A DNA stretch of 64,000 bases from the human T2T-CHM13v2.0 reference genome, Homo sapiens, in assembly GCF_009914755.1 (NCBI RefSeq), contig NC_060939.1. The stretch is one strand, 5' to 3'. Each line of letters opens with the position of its first letter. Positions within the stretch are counted from its first letter, which is position 1. Of the stretch, positions 17,301-31,300 are shown piece by piece. The notes beneath the pieces were generated by a model that saw only the letters and a list, made by a program, of their open reading frames with translations, made no database searches and had not been told where the DNA came from. Both the position numbers and the translations under genes were made by a program.

Positions 17301-20300
17301 TTTGCAGAATGTGCAAATTGCTATTTGTAGCACTTTGAGGCCTCTGGTGGAAAAGGAAATATCTTCACATAAAAAATACCCAGAAGCATTCTGAAAAATT
17401 TCTCTGTGATCTGTGCATTCAACTCAGAGGGTTGAATCTATCTTTTGATTGAGCATTTTGAATCTCTCTTTCTGTGGAATCTGCAAGTGGATATTTGGAG
17501 CCCTTTGCAGCCTATGGTGGAAAAAGAAATATCATCACATAAAAACTACACAGAAGCATTCTGAGAAACTTTTTGTGATGTGTGCATTCATCTCACGGGG
17601 TTGAACCTATCTTTCCATTGAGCAGTTTTGAAACTCACCTTTTGAAGAATCTGGAATGGGTATTTGGAGGCCTTTGTGGCATATGGTGCAAAAGGAAATA
17701 TCTTCACATAAAAACCACACAGAAGCATTCTGAGAAACTTCTTTGTGATGTGTGCATTCAACTCCAGTTGAACAGTTTTAAATTTCACTTTTTTTATTAT
17801 CTGCAAGTGGACATATGGATCCGTTTGTGGCCTATGGTGCAAAAGAAAATATCTTCAAATAAAAACTACACAGAAGCATCTGAGAAACTTCTTTGTGATG
17901 TGTGCATTCATCTCACAGGGTTGAACCTATCTTATCATTGAGCAGTTTTGAAACACTCTTTTTGTAGAATCTGCAAGTGGATATTTGGAGCCCTTTGTGG
18001 TCTATGGAAGAAAAGAAAATATATTCAAATAAAAACTACACAGAAACATTCTCAGAAACTTCTAGGTGATGTGTGCATTCATCTCACAGAGTTGAACCTG
18101 TGTTTTCACTGAGCAGATTTCAGACACTCTTTTTGTAGAATCAGCAAGTGGATATTTGGTGGGCTTTGATGCTTTTTGGAAAGGAAATACCTTCACATAA
18201 ATACTACACAGAAGCTTTCTGAGAAACTTCCTTGTGATATATGCATTCATCTCCCAGAGATAAAACTTTCTTTTGATTGAGCAGCTTTGAAGCTCTCGTT
18301 TGTAGAATCTGCAAGTGGATATTTGGAGACCTTTGTGGCTTATGGTGGAAAGAGAAATACCTTCACATAAAAACTACACAGAAGCATTCTGAGAAACTTC
18401 TTTGTGATGTGTGCATTCAACTTACAGCCTTGAACCTATCTCTTGATTGAGCAGTTTTGGATCTCTCTTTTTCTAAAATCTGCAAGTGGATATTTGGAGC
18501 CCTTTGCGGTCCTTGGTGGCAAAGGAAATATCTTCAAATAAAAACTACACAGAAGCACTCTGAGAAACATCTTGATGATGTGTGCATTCAAATCACAGAG
18601 GTGAACTTATCTTATGATTGAGCAGTTTTGAAACACTCTCTTTGTAGAATCTGAAAGTGGATACTTGGAACACTTTGAGTGTTATTGGGGAAAAGGAAAT
18701 ATCTTCAAATAAAAACTAGACAGAAGCATTCTGAGAAACTTCTTTGTGATGTGGGCATTCATCTCTCACAGTTGAAACTTTCTTTTGATTGAGGCGTTTT
18801 GAAACACTCTTTTTGTAGAATCTGCAAGTCGATATTTGGAGTGCTTTGAGGCCTACTTTGGAAAAGCAATTATCTTTACTTAAAAACTACACAGAAGCAT
18901 TCTGAGAAAATTTTTTGATGTGTGCATTCATCTCACACAGTTGAAACATTCTTTTGATTGGGCAGTTTTGAAACACTCTTTCTGTAGAATCGGCAAGTGG
19001 ATATTTTGAGCATTTTGAGGCCTATAGTGGAAAATGAAATATCTTCACATAAAAACTACACAGAATCATTCTGAGAAACATCTTTGTCATGAGAACATTC
19101 ATCTCACAGAGTTGAACCTATCTTTTCAAAGAGCAGCTTTGAATCTCTCTTTTTGTAGAATCTGCAAGAAGATATTTGTAGTCCTTTGCAGCATATGGCG
19201 GAAAAGGAAATATCTTCAAATAAATACTACACAGAACCATTCTGAGAAACTTCTTCGTGGTGTGTGCATTCATCCCACAGACTTGAAACTATCTTATGAT
19301 TGAGCAGTTTTGAAACACTCTCTTTGTAGAATCTGAAAGTGGATACTTGGAGTGCTGTGGGTCCTATTGTGGAAAAGGAAATATCTTCACATAAAAACTA
19401 CACAGAAGGATTCTGAGAAACTACTTTGTGCTGTGTACATTCATCTCACAGAGTTGAACCTTTCTTTTGATTGAGCAGTTTTGAAGCACTGTTTTTGTAG
19501 AATCTGCAAGTGGATACTTGGAGCGCTTTGAGGCCTACTGTGGAAAAGCAAATATCTTCACATAAAAACTACACAGAGGCATTCTGAGAAATTTCTCTGT
19601 GATGTGTGCATTCATCTCACAGAGTTGAAATTTCTTTTGATTTAGCAGTTTTAAAACACTGTTTTTGTGGATCTGAAAGTGGATATTTGGAGGGCTTTGA
19701 GGCCTATTGTGGAAAAGGAAATAATTTCACATAAAAACTAATCTGAAACATTCTGAGAAACTAATATGTGATGAGTGCATTCATCACACAGAGTTGAACA
19801 TTTCTTTTGACTGAGCAGTTTTAAAACACTCTTTTTGTAGAATCTGCAAGTGGATATTTGGAGGGCTTTGAGGTCTACTTTGGAAAAGGAAATATCTTCA
19901 CATAAAAACTACACAGGAGCATTCTGAGAAACATCTTTGTGATCTGTGCATTCAACTCTCAGAGTTGAACCTATCTTTTGATTGAACGGTTTTGAATCTC
20001 ACTTTTTTTATTATCTGCAAGTGGATATTTGGTGCCCTTTGTGGCGTACAGTGGAAAAGGAAATATCTTCAAATAAAAACTCACAGAAGCATTCTGATAA
20101 ACTTCTATGTGATGTGTGCCTCAATATCACAGAGTTGAACCTATGTTATTATTGAGAAGTTTGGAAACACTATTTTTGTAGAATCTGCAAGTGGATATTT
20201 GGAGCACTTTGAGGCATATGGTGTAAAAGGAAATATCTTCACATAAAAACTACACAGAAACATTCTGAGAAACTTCCTGGTGATGTGGGCCTTCATCTCC

Positions 20301-23300
20301 TAGAGTTGAAACTTTCTTTTGATTGAGCAGCTTAGAAACACTCTTTTTGTAGAATCTGCAAGTGGATATTTGGAGCCCTTTGTTTCTTATGGTGGTCAAG
20401 GAAATATCTTCCCATAGAAACTACACAGAATCATTCTGAGAAACTTCATTGTGATGTGTGAATTCATCTCACAGAGTTGAACCTATATTATGGTTTAGCA
20501 GTTTTCAAACACTCTCTTAGAATAATCTGCAAGTGGATCCGTGGAACGATTTGAGGCATATTGTGGAAAAGGAAATATGTTCACATAAAAACTACACAAA
20601 AGCCTTCTGAGAAAGTTCTTTGTGATGTGTGCATTCAACTCACAGAGTCTAATCTGTCTTTTGATTGAGCAGTTTTGAAATACTGTTTTTGTAGAATCTG
20701 CAAGTGAATATTTGTTGGGCTTTGAGGCCTATTTTGGAAAAGGAAATATCCTCACATAAAAACTACACAGAAGCATTCTGAGAAACTTCTTTGTGACGTG
20801 TGCATTCAACTCAATGTCTTGAACTTATCTTTTGATTGAGCAGTTTTGGATCTCTCTTTTTCTAGGATCTGCAAGTGGATATTTGGAACCCTTTGCTGTG
20901 CATGGAGGCAAAGGAAACATCTTCAAATAAAAACTACACAGAAGCATTCTGAGAAACTTCTTTGTGATGTGTGCATTCAACTCACATAATTGAACTTATC
21001 TTTTGCTTGAGCCGTTTTGAATGTCTCCTTTTGTAGAATCTGCAAGTGGATATTTGGAGCTCTTTGCAGCCAATTGAGAAAAAGGAAATATCTTTAAATA
21101 AAAACTACACAAAAGCATTCTGAGAAACTTCTTTGTGGTGTGTACATTCAACTCACAGAGTTGAACCTATCTTTTTATTGAGCAGTTTTGAATTTTGCTT
21201 TTTGTAGAATCCGCAAGTGGATTTTTGAAGCCCTTTGTAGTCTATGGAGGAAAAGGAAATATCCTGAAATAAATACTACACAGAAGCATTCTGAGAAACT
21301 TCTTTGTGATGTGTCCATTCATCTTATAGATTTGAACCTATCTTATGATTGAGCAGTTTTGAAACACTCTCTTTGTAGAATCTGCAAGTGGATACTTGGA
21401 GGGATTTCAAACCTGTTGTGGAAAAGGAAATATCTTCACATAAAAACTGCACAGAAGCACTCTGAGCAACTTCTTTGTGATGTGTGCATTCATCTCACAG
21501 AGATGAACCTTTCTTTTGATTGTGCAGTTTTGGAAGACTGTTTTTGTAGAATCTGCTACTGGATATTTGGAGCCCTTTGCAGCCTATATTGGAAAAGGAA
21601 ATATATTCAGATAGAAACTACAGAGAAACATTCTGAGAAACTTATTTGTGATGTGTGCATTCAACTCACAGAGTTGAACTTTTGTTTTGATTGAGAAGTT
21701 TTGAAACACTCTTTTTGTAGAAACTGCAAGTTGATATTTGGAGCCCTTTGCAGTGTATGGTGAAACAGGAAATACCTTCACATAAAAACTACACAGCAGC
21801 ATTCTGAGAAACTTCTCTGTGATGTGTGCATTCTTCTAACAGAGTTGAAACTTTCTTTTGTTTGAGCTGTTTTGAAACACTCCTTTTGTATAATCTGCAA
21901 GTGGATATTTGGAGCGCACTGAAGCCTGTTGTAGAAAAGGAAATATCTTCACATAAAAACTACACAGAATCATTCTGAGAAAATACTTTGTGATGTCTGC
22001 ATTCAACTCACAGAACTGAATGGATTTTTTGATTGAACAGTTTTGAAACTCTCTTTTTGTAGGATCTGGAAGTGGGTATGTGGAGCCGATTGTGGCCTAT
22101 GGTGGAAAAGGAAATATGTTCACATAAAACCTACACAGAAGCATTCTGAGAAACTTCTTTGTGATGTGTGCATTCATCTCAAATAGTTGAACATTTCTTT
22201 TGATTGAGCAGTTTGGAAACACACTTTTTGTAGAATCTTCAAGTAGATATTTAGAGAGTTTGAGGCCTCCAGTGGAAAAGGAATTATCTTCAATTAAAAA
22301 CTACACAGAAGGATTCTGAGAAACTTCTTTGTGATTTGTGCACTCATCTCACAGAGTTGAACATTTCTTATGATTGTGCAGTTTTGAAACCCTGTTTTTG
22401 TAGAATCAGCAAGTAGATATTTGGAGATATTTGAGGTCTATTGTGGAAAAGGAAATATCTTCACATAAACACGTCACAGAAGCATTCTGAGAAACTCTTT
22501 TGTGATGCGTGCATTCAACTGACAGAGTTGAACCTGTTTTCATTTAGCAGTTTTGAAACTTTCTTTTCGTAGAATCTGGAAGTGGGTATTTGAAGCCGTT
22601 TGTGTCCTATGGTGGTAAAGGAAATAACTTCACATAAAAACTACACAGAAGCATTCTGAGAAACTTCTTTGTGATGGGTGCATTCTTCTCGCAAGGTTGA
22701 AACTACGTTTTGATTGAGCAGTTTTGAATTTCTCTTTTTGCAGAATCTTAAAGAGAACATTTGGAGCCCTTTGCGGCCTATGGTGGAAAAGGAAATATCT
22801 TCCCATAAAAACTACACAGAAGCATTCTGAGAAACTTCTTTGTGATGTGTGCATTCATCTCACGGAGTTGAACCTTTCTTTTGATTGAGCAGATTGAAAA
22901 ACTCTTTTTGAAGAATCTGCAATTGGATATTTGGAGCGCTTTGAGGCCTATTGTGGAAAAGGAAGTATCTTCCCATAAAAACTACACAGAAGCATTCTGA
23001 GAAACTACATTGTGATGTGTGCATTCATCTCACAGAGTTGAGCCTATCTTTTCATTGAGCACTTTTGAATCTGTCCTTTTGTAGGACCTGCAAGTGTATA
23101 TTTGGCGAACTCTGTGGCCTATGGTGGAAAAGGAAATATCTTCCAAAAAAAATACATAGAAGCATTGTGAGAAAATTCTTTGTGATGTTAGCATTCATCT
23201 AACAGAGTTGAACATTTATTTTTATTGAGCAGTTAGGAAACACTTTTTTTGTAGAATCTGCAAATGGATATTCAGACCGCTTTGAGGCCTTTGGTGGAAA

Positions 23301-24783
23301 AGGAAATGTGTTCATTTTAAAACCACACAGAAGCATTCTGAGAAACTTCTTTGTGATATGCGCATTCAAGTCACATAGTTGAACAATTCTTTTGACAGAG
23401 GAGTTTTCAAACTTTCATTTTGTAGTATATGCAATTGGATACTTGGAGCACTTTGAGGACTATTGAGGAAAAGGAAATAACTTTAAATAAAAACTACAGA
23501 GAATCATTCTGATAAACTTCTTTGTGCTGTGTATATTCATCTCACAGGGTTGAAACTTTATTTTGATTGAGCAGATTTGAAACACTGGCTTTGTAGTATC
23601 TGCAAGTGGATATTTGGAGTGATTTGAGGTCTATGGTGTAAAAGGAAATATCTTCACATAAAAACTACACAGAGGCGTTCTGAGAAACTTCTTTGTGATG
23701 TGTGCATTCAACTCACAGAGTTGAACTTATCTTTGGATTGAACAGTTTTGAAACTTTCCTCTGTAGAATCTGCAAGTGGATATTTGGAGCCCGTTTTGGC
23801 TTGTGGTGTAAAAGGAAATATCTTCACATAAAAACTACACAGAAGCATTCTGAAAAATCTTCTTTGTGACGTGTGAATTCATCTCACAGTGTTGACCCTG
23901 TCTTTTGATTGAGCAGTTTTGAATCACTATTTTAGTAGAATCTGCAAGTGGATATTTGAAGCTGTTTGTGTCCTGTGTTGGACAAGGAAATATCTTCATA
24001 TAAAAACTACACAGAAGCATTCTGAGAAACTTCCTTGTGATGTGTGCATTCATCTCACGGAGTTGAACTTTTCTTTTGATTCAGCTGTTTTGAAACAGTT
24101 TTTTGGAGGATGTGCGAGTGGACATTTGCAGCAATTTGAAGCCTATTTTGGAAAAGGAAATATCTTCACATGAAACCTACACAGAAGCATTCTGAGAAAC
24201 TTTTTTGTGATGTGTGCATTCATCTCACAGTGTTGAACCTTTCTTTTGATTGAGTACTTTTGGAACACTCTTTTTGCAGTTTCTGCAAGTGGAGATTTGG
24301 AGCGCTTTGAGGCCTATGGTGGACAAGAAAATATATTCACATAAAATCTACACAGAAGCATTCTGAGAAACTTCTTTGTGAAGTGTGCATTCATCTTACA
24401 GAGTTTAACCTTTCTTTTGATTGAGAAATTTTGAAACACTCTTTTTGTAAAATCTGCAAGTGAATATTTGGATTGCTTTAAGTCCTATGGTGGAAAAGGA
24501 AATATCTTCACATAAAAACTACACAGAAGCATTCTGAGAAACTTCTTTGTAACATTTTCGTTCAACTCACTGTGGTGAAGATTTCTTTTAATTCAGCAGT
24601 TTTGAAACACACTTTTTGTAGAATCTGCAAGTGAATATTTGGAGTGCTTTGAGGCCTATTGTGGAAAAGGAAATATCTTCATATAAAAACTACACAGAAG
24701 CACTCTGAGAAACTTGTCTGTGATGAGTGCACTCAGCTCACAGAGTTGAACGTATCTTTTGATTGAACATTTTTGAAACTCTC
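14338..24783 (+). repeat. Monomeric alpha satellite, forward orientation (AAAACTACACAGAAGC-type monomers)
   Basis: ~171-bp period with CATTCTGAGAAACTTCTTTGTGATGTGTGCATTCA and CTATGGTGGAAAAGGAAATATCTTCAC. No CENP-B box seen. Confidence 0.98.
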
Positions 24784-25312
24784 TTTATTTCTTTTTTATT
24801 TTTTTCTCCAGTTTTTTGTTTTGTTTACTATACTTTAAGTTTTAGAGTACATGGACACAATATGTAGGTTAGTTACATATGTATACATGGGCCATGCTGG
24901 TGTGCTGCACCCATTAATTCATCTTTTAGCATTAAGTATATCTCCTAATGCTATTCCTGCACCTTCTGCCCACAACACAACAGTCCCCAGAGTGTGATAT
25001 TCCCCTTGCTGTGTCCATGTTTTCTCGTTGTACAATTCCGACCTATGAGTGAGAAAATGGGGTTTTTGTTTTTTTGTCCTTGCGATAGTTTACTGAGAAT
25101 GATGATTTCCAATTTCATCCATGTTCCTACAAAGGACATGAACTGATCAGTTTTTATGGCTGCATAGTATTCCATGGTGTATATGTGAAACATTTTCTTA
25201 ATCCAGTCTACCACTGTTGGACATTTGGATTGCTTCCAAGTCTTTGCTACTGTGAATAGTGCCGCAATAAACATACGTCTGCATGTGTCTTTATAGCAGC
25301 ATGATTTATAAT
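24784..25312 (-). mobile_element. 5'-truncated L1PA3-like fragment (~530 bp: ORF2 C-terminus, 3'UTR, tail)
   Basis: A T-rich tract is followed by TATACTTTAAGTTTTAG. The minus-strand peptide is [10 protein letters not shown]...WMKLEIIILSKL. The alpha monomer continues in phase on both sides. Confidence 0.95.
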
Positions 25313-28300
25313 TTTGTAGAATCTGCAAGTGGATATTTGGAGCCCTTTGCAGCCTACGGTGGAAAAGAAAATATCTTCACATAAAAACTACACAGAAAGA
25401 GTCTGAGATACTTTTTGCAATGTGTACATTCATTTCACCTTTCTTTTGATTGTGCAGTTTGGAAATACACTTTTAGTGCAATCTGCAAGCGGATATTTGC
25501 AGTGCTATGAGGCATATTGAGGAAAAGGAAATATCTTCCCATAAAAAAATACCCAAAAGCATTCTGAGAAACTTATTTGTGATGTGTGCATTCACCTCAC
25601 GGAGTTGACCCTATCTTTCGATAAGCAGTTTGAAACTCTCTTTTTTTGGAATCTGCAGGTGGATATTTGGAGCGCTTTGAGGTCTATGGTATAAAAGGAT
25701 ATATCTTCACATAAAAACCACACAGAAGCATTCAAAGAAACTTCTTTGTGATGTGTGCATTCAACTCACAGATTTGAACATATCTTTTTATTGAGGAGCT
25801 TTGAAAATCTCTTTATGTAGAATCTGCAAGTGGATATTTAGAGCCCCTTGCTGCCTGTAGTGGAAAAAGAAATATCTTCACATAAAAACTACACGGAAGC
25901 ATTCTGAAAAAACCTCTTGGTGATGTGTGCATTCATCTCACAGAGTTCAACATTTCTTTTGATTGACCTGTTTAGAAACACAATTTATGTAGAACCTGCA
26001 AGTGGATATTTGGAGCCTTTTGAGTCCTGTGTTGGAAAAGGAAATATCTTCACATAAAAACTACACAGAAGCATTCTGAGAAAGTTCTGTGTGACTTGTG
26101 CATTCATCTCACAGAATTGAACCTTTCTTTTGATTGAGCAGTTTTGAAACACTCTTTTTTGTAGGATCTGCAAGTGGATATTTGGAGTGCTTTGAGGCCT
26201 ATCATGGAAAAGGAAATATATTCACATGAAAACAGCACAGAAACATTCTGACAGATTTCTTTGCGATGTGTGCATTCATCTCACAGAGTTGAACTTTTCT
26301 TTTTATTGAGCAGTTTTCAAAAACTGTTTTTGTAGTATCTCTAATTGGACATTTGGAGCACATTGAGGACTATGGTGGAAAAGGATACATCTTCATATAA
26401 AATCTACACAGAAGCATTCTGAGAAATTTCTTTCTGATGTGTGCATTCAAATCACAGATTTGAATCTATCTTTTGATTGCACGGTTTTCAAACTCTCTTT
26501 TTGTAGAATCTGCAAGTGGATATTTGGAGCCATTTGTGGCCTCTGGTGGAAAAGGAAATATCTTCATATAAAAACTACACAGAAACATTCTGAGAAACTT
26601 CATTTTCATGTGTGCATTCATCTCAGAGAGTTGAACTTTTCTTTTCACCAAGCAGTTTTGAAACAGTCTTTTTGTAGAATCTGCAAGCGGATATTTGGAG
26701 CCCCTTGAGGCCTACTGTGGAAAAGAAAATATCTTCACATAAAAACAACACAGTTGCATTCTGAGAAACTTCTTTGCAATGTGTGCATTCATCTCACAGA
26801 GATCAACTTTCTTTTGGTTGAGCAATTTTGAAACACACTTTTTGTAGAATCTGCAAGTAGATATTTGGAGTATGTTGAAAAGGAAATATGGTGGAAAAGG
26901 AAATATCTTCACATAAAGCTACACAGAAGCATTCTGAGAAACTTCTTTGTGACATGGTCGTTCAACACACTGTGGTGAACATTTCTTTTGATTGAGCAGT
27001 TTTGAAACCCACTATTTGTAGTATCTGCAAGTGGATATTTTTAGTGCTTAGAGACCTATTGTGGAAAAGGAAATGTCTTCACATAAAAACTACACAGAAG
27101 CATTCTGAGAAACTTCTTTGTGATTTGTGCATTCATCTCACAGACTTGTAAATTTCATTGAGCAGTTTGGAAACACTCTTTTAGTAAAATCTACAAGTGG
27201 ATACTTGGAGCGCTTTGAGGCCTATTGTAGAAATGGATATATCTTCACATAAAAACTACACAGAAGCATTCTGAGAAACTTCTTTGAGATGTGTGCATTG
27301 AACTCAGAGTTGTACCTATCTTTTGAATGGAAGAGTTTTGAACCTTTATGTAGAATCTGCAAGTGAATATTTGGAGCCCTTTGTGGCCTACGGTGTAAAA
27401 GGAAATACCTTCACATAAAAACTACACAGAAGCTTTCTGAGAAACTTCTTTGTGATGTGTGCATTCGTCTCAAAGAGACGAACCTTTAATTCGATTGAGC
27501 AGTTTTGAAACACTCTTTTTGTAGAATCTGCAAGTAGATATTCGGAGGGCTTCACAGAGTATAGTGGAAAAGGAAATAACTTTGCATAAAAGCTACACAG
27601 AAGCATTCTGAGAAATTTCTTTCTGATGTGTGCATTCAACTCACAGAATTGAACCTTTCTTTTGATTGAGCAGTTTTGAAACACTATTTTTGTAAAATCT
27701 GCAAGTGTATATTGGGTGCAATTTGCATCCAATGGTGGAAAAGCAAATATCTTCACATAAAAACTAGACAGAAGCATTCTGAGAATCTTCTTTGTGATGT
27801 GTGCATTCACCTCACAGAGTTGTAACTTTTTTTATTGAGGACTTTTGAAACACTCTTTTTGTAGAATCTACAAGTGGGTGTTTGGAGCACTTTGTGGCCT
27901 ATAGTGGAAAAGGATGTATATTCACATAAAAACTAGACAGAAGCATTCTGAAAAACATCTTTGTGATGTGTGCATTCATCTCAAAGAGTTCAACCTTTCT
28001 TTTGATTGAGCACTTTTGAAATACCTTTTGGAGAATCTGTAAGTGGATATTTGGAGGGCTTTGGGTCCTATGGTGGTAAAGGAAACATCTTCACATAAAA
28101 ACTACACAGAAGCATTCTGAAATACCTCTTTGTGATGCTTGCATTCATCTCACATAGTTGAACCATTCTTTTTATTGAGCAGTTTTGAAACAATCTCCCT
28201 GTAGAATGTGCAAGTGGATATTTGGAACGCTTTGATGAGTATGGTGGAAAATGAAAAATCTTCACATAAAAACTAGACAGAATTACTCTGAGAAACTTCT

Positions 28301-31300
28301 TTCTGATGTGCACATTCATCTCACAAATTTGAAAATTTCTTTTGATTGAGCAGTTTTGAAACGCTCTTTTTCTAGAATCTGCCAGTGTTTATTTGGAGTG
28401 CATTGAGTCCTATGGTGGAGAAGGAAATATCCTCACATAAAAACTAGAGAGAAGCATTCTGAGAAACTTCTTTGTGATGTGTGCATACATCTCACGGAGT
28501 TGAAACTTTCTATTGATTTAGCATTTTTTATACACTTTTTGTAGGATCTGCAGTTGCTATTTGGAGCCCTTTGGGGCCAATGGTGGAAAAGTATTATCTT
28601 CTCATAAAAACTAGACAGAAGCATTTTGAGAAACTTCTCTGTGATGTGTTCATTCATCTCACAGATTTGAAACATTCTTTTGATTCAGCAGTTTTGAAAC
28701 ACTCTTCGTAGCATCTGCAAGTGCATATTTAGATCGCTTTGAGAAGTGTGGTGGAAAAGGAAATATCTTCACATAAACACTAGACAGAAGCATTCTGAGA
28801 AACGTCTTTGTGATGTGTCCATTCATTTCACAGAGTTGAAACTTTCTTTTCATTGAGCAGTTTTGAAACACTCTTTTTATAGAATCTGCAAGTGGATATT
28901 TGGAGCGCTTTGGAGAGAATGGTGGAAATGGAAATATCTTCATATAAAAACTATGGAGAAGCATTCTGAGAAACAGCATTGTTATGTGAGCCTTCAGCTC
29001 ACGGAGTTGAACTTTTCTTTTGATTGAGCAGTTTTGAATCCCTCTTTTTGTATAATCTGCAAGTGGATATTTGGAGAGCTTTAGGGCCTATGGTGGAAAA
29101 GGAAATATCTTCACATAAAAACTACACAAAAACATTCTGAGAAACTTCTTTCTGATGTGTGCATACAACTCCCAGAGTTGAATCTTTCTTTTGATTGTGC
29201 AATTTTGAAACACTTCTTTTGTAGAATCTGCAAGTGGATATTAGGAGGGCTTTGCCGAGTATAGTGGAAAAGGAAATAACTTTGGATAAAAGGTAGACAG
29301 AAGAATTCTGAGAAACTTCTTTGTGATGTGTGCATTCAACGTACAGAGTTGAACCTTTCTTTAGATTTGGCAGTTTTGAAACACTACTTTTGTAATATCT
29401 GCAAGTGGATATTTGGTGACCATTGCAGCCTATGGTGGAAAGGCAAATATCTTCACATAAAAACTAGACAGAAGCATTCTGAGAATCTTCTTTGTGATGT
29501 GTGCATTCATCTCACACAGTTCAACTTTTCTTTTGATTCAGCAGTTTGGAAACAGTATTTTTCTACAATCTGCAAAAGGATACTTCTTAGCCGATTTAGG
29601 CCTATGGTGAATTAGGAAATATCTTCACATAAAAAATAAACAGAAGCTTTCTGAGAAACTTCTTTGGGATGTGTGTTTTCATCTCAGAGAGATGAAACTT
29701 TCTTTTGATTGAGCAATTTCGAAACTCTCTTTTTGTAGGATCTGCAAATGGATATTTGGAGCGCTTTGAGGCCTGTGGTGAAAAAGGAAATATCTTCACA
29801 TAACAACCAGACAGAAGCATTCTGGAAACATTTTTGTGATGTGTGCATTCATCTCACAGAGTTGAACCTTTCTTTTGATTGAGCAGTTTGGAAACAGTCT
29901 TTTATAGTATCTGCAGAGAGATATTTGTGAGCATTTTGAGGACTTTGGTGAGAAAGGAAATATCTTCATATAAAACCTAGTCAGAAGATTCTGAGAAACT
30001 TCTTTGTGATGTGTGCATTCAACTGATAGAGGTGAAACTTTGTTTTGATTGAGCAGTTTGTAAACAGTCCTTTTGTAGGATCTGCAAAGGGATAGTTCTG
30101 GGCCCATTGAGACCTATGGTGAAAGAAGAAATACCTTCACTTAAAAACTAGACAGAAGCATTCTGAGAAACTTTTTAGTGATGTGTGCTTTCATCTCACA
30201 GGTTTGAACTTTCTTTTGATTGAGCAGTTTGGAAACAGTGTTTTTGTAGAATCTGCAAAGGATATTTTGAGCGCTTTGACGCCTATGGTGAGAAAGGACA
30301 TATCTTCACATGAAATCTAAACAGAAGCTTTCTGAGAAACTTCTTTTTTATGAGTTCATACATCTCACAGAGGTGAAACTTTCTTTTCATTGAGCAGTTT
30401 GGAAACAGTCTTTTTGTACAGTCTGCAAAGGAAATTTCTGCGAAGTTGGAGGCCTATGGTGAAAAAGAAATATCTTCAGATAAAATGTAGACAGAAGTAT
30501 TCTGAGAAAATTTTTTGTGATGTATCTATTCATCTCACAGAGTTGAATTTTTCTTTTGATGGAGCAGTCTGGAAACAGTCTTTTTGTAGTATCTGCAGAG
30601 GGATGTGTGAGAGCAGTTTAAGGCCTGTGGTGAGAAAGGAAATATCTTCACATAAAAACTAGGTAGAAGCATTCTAAGAAACTTCTTTGTATTGCGTGCA
30701 TTCATCTCAAAGACTTGAACTTGTCTTTGGACTGAGCAGTTTGGAAACTGTCGTTTTGTAGAATCTGTGAAGGGATATTTCTGAGCCCATTGAGGCCTAT
30801 GGATGAAATATGAAATATCTTCACATAAAAACTAGACAGAGGATTTCTGAGAAACTTCTTTGTGATATGTGGTTTCATCTCACAGAGTTGAACCATTCTT
30901 TTGGTTGAGCAGTTAGGAAACAGTCTTTTTGTAGGATCTGCAAAGGGATATTTCTGTTCCCATTGATGCCTATGGTGAAAAAGGACATATCTTCACATAA
31001 AAACTAGACAGAAGCTTTCTGATAAACTTCTTAGTGATGTGTGCTTTCATGTCACAGATATGAAACTTTCTTTTGATTGAGCAGTTTGGAAACAGTCTTT
31101 TTGTAGAATCTGCAAATGGATATTTGGAGCGCTTTGAGGCCTATGGTGAAAAAGGAAATACCTTTGCATGAAATATAAACAGAAGCTTTCTGAGAAACTT
31201 CTTTTTGATGCGTGCATACATCTCACAGAGTTGAACGTTTCTTTTCATTGAGCAGTTTGAAAACAGTCTTTTTGTACAATCTGGAATGGGATATTTCTGA

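Noticed and set aside
24800-24815. CTCCAG interruption in the T tract of the 24.8-kb L1 as a transduction
   Set aside because: Too short to distinguish from tail decay.
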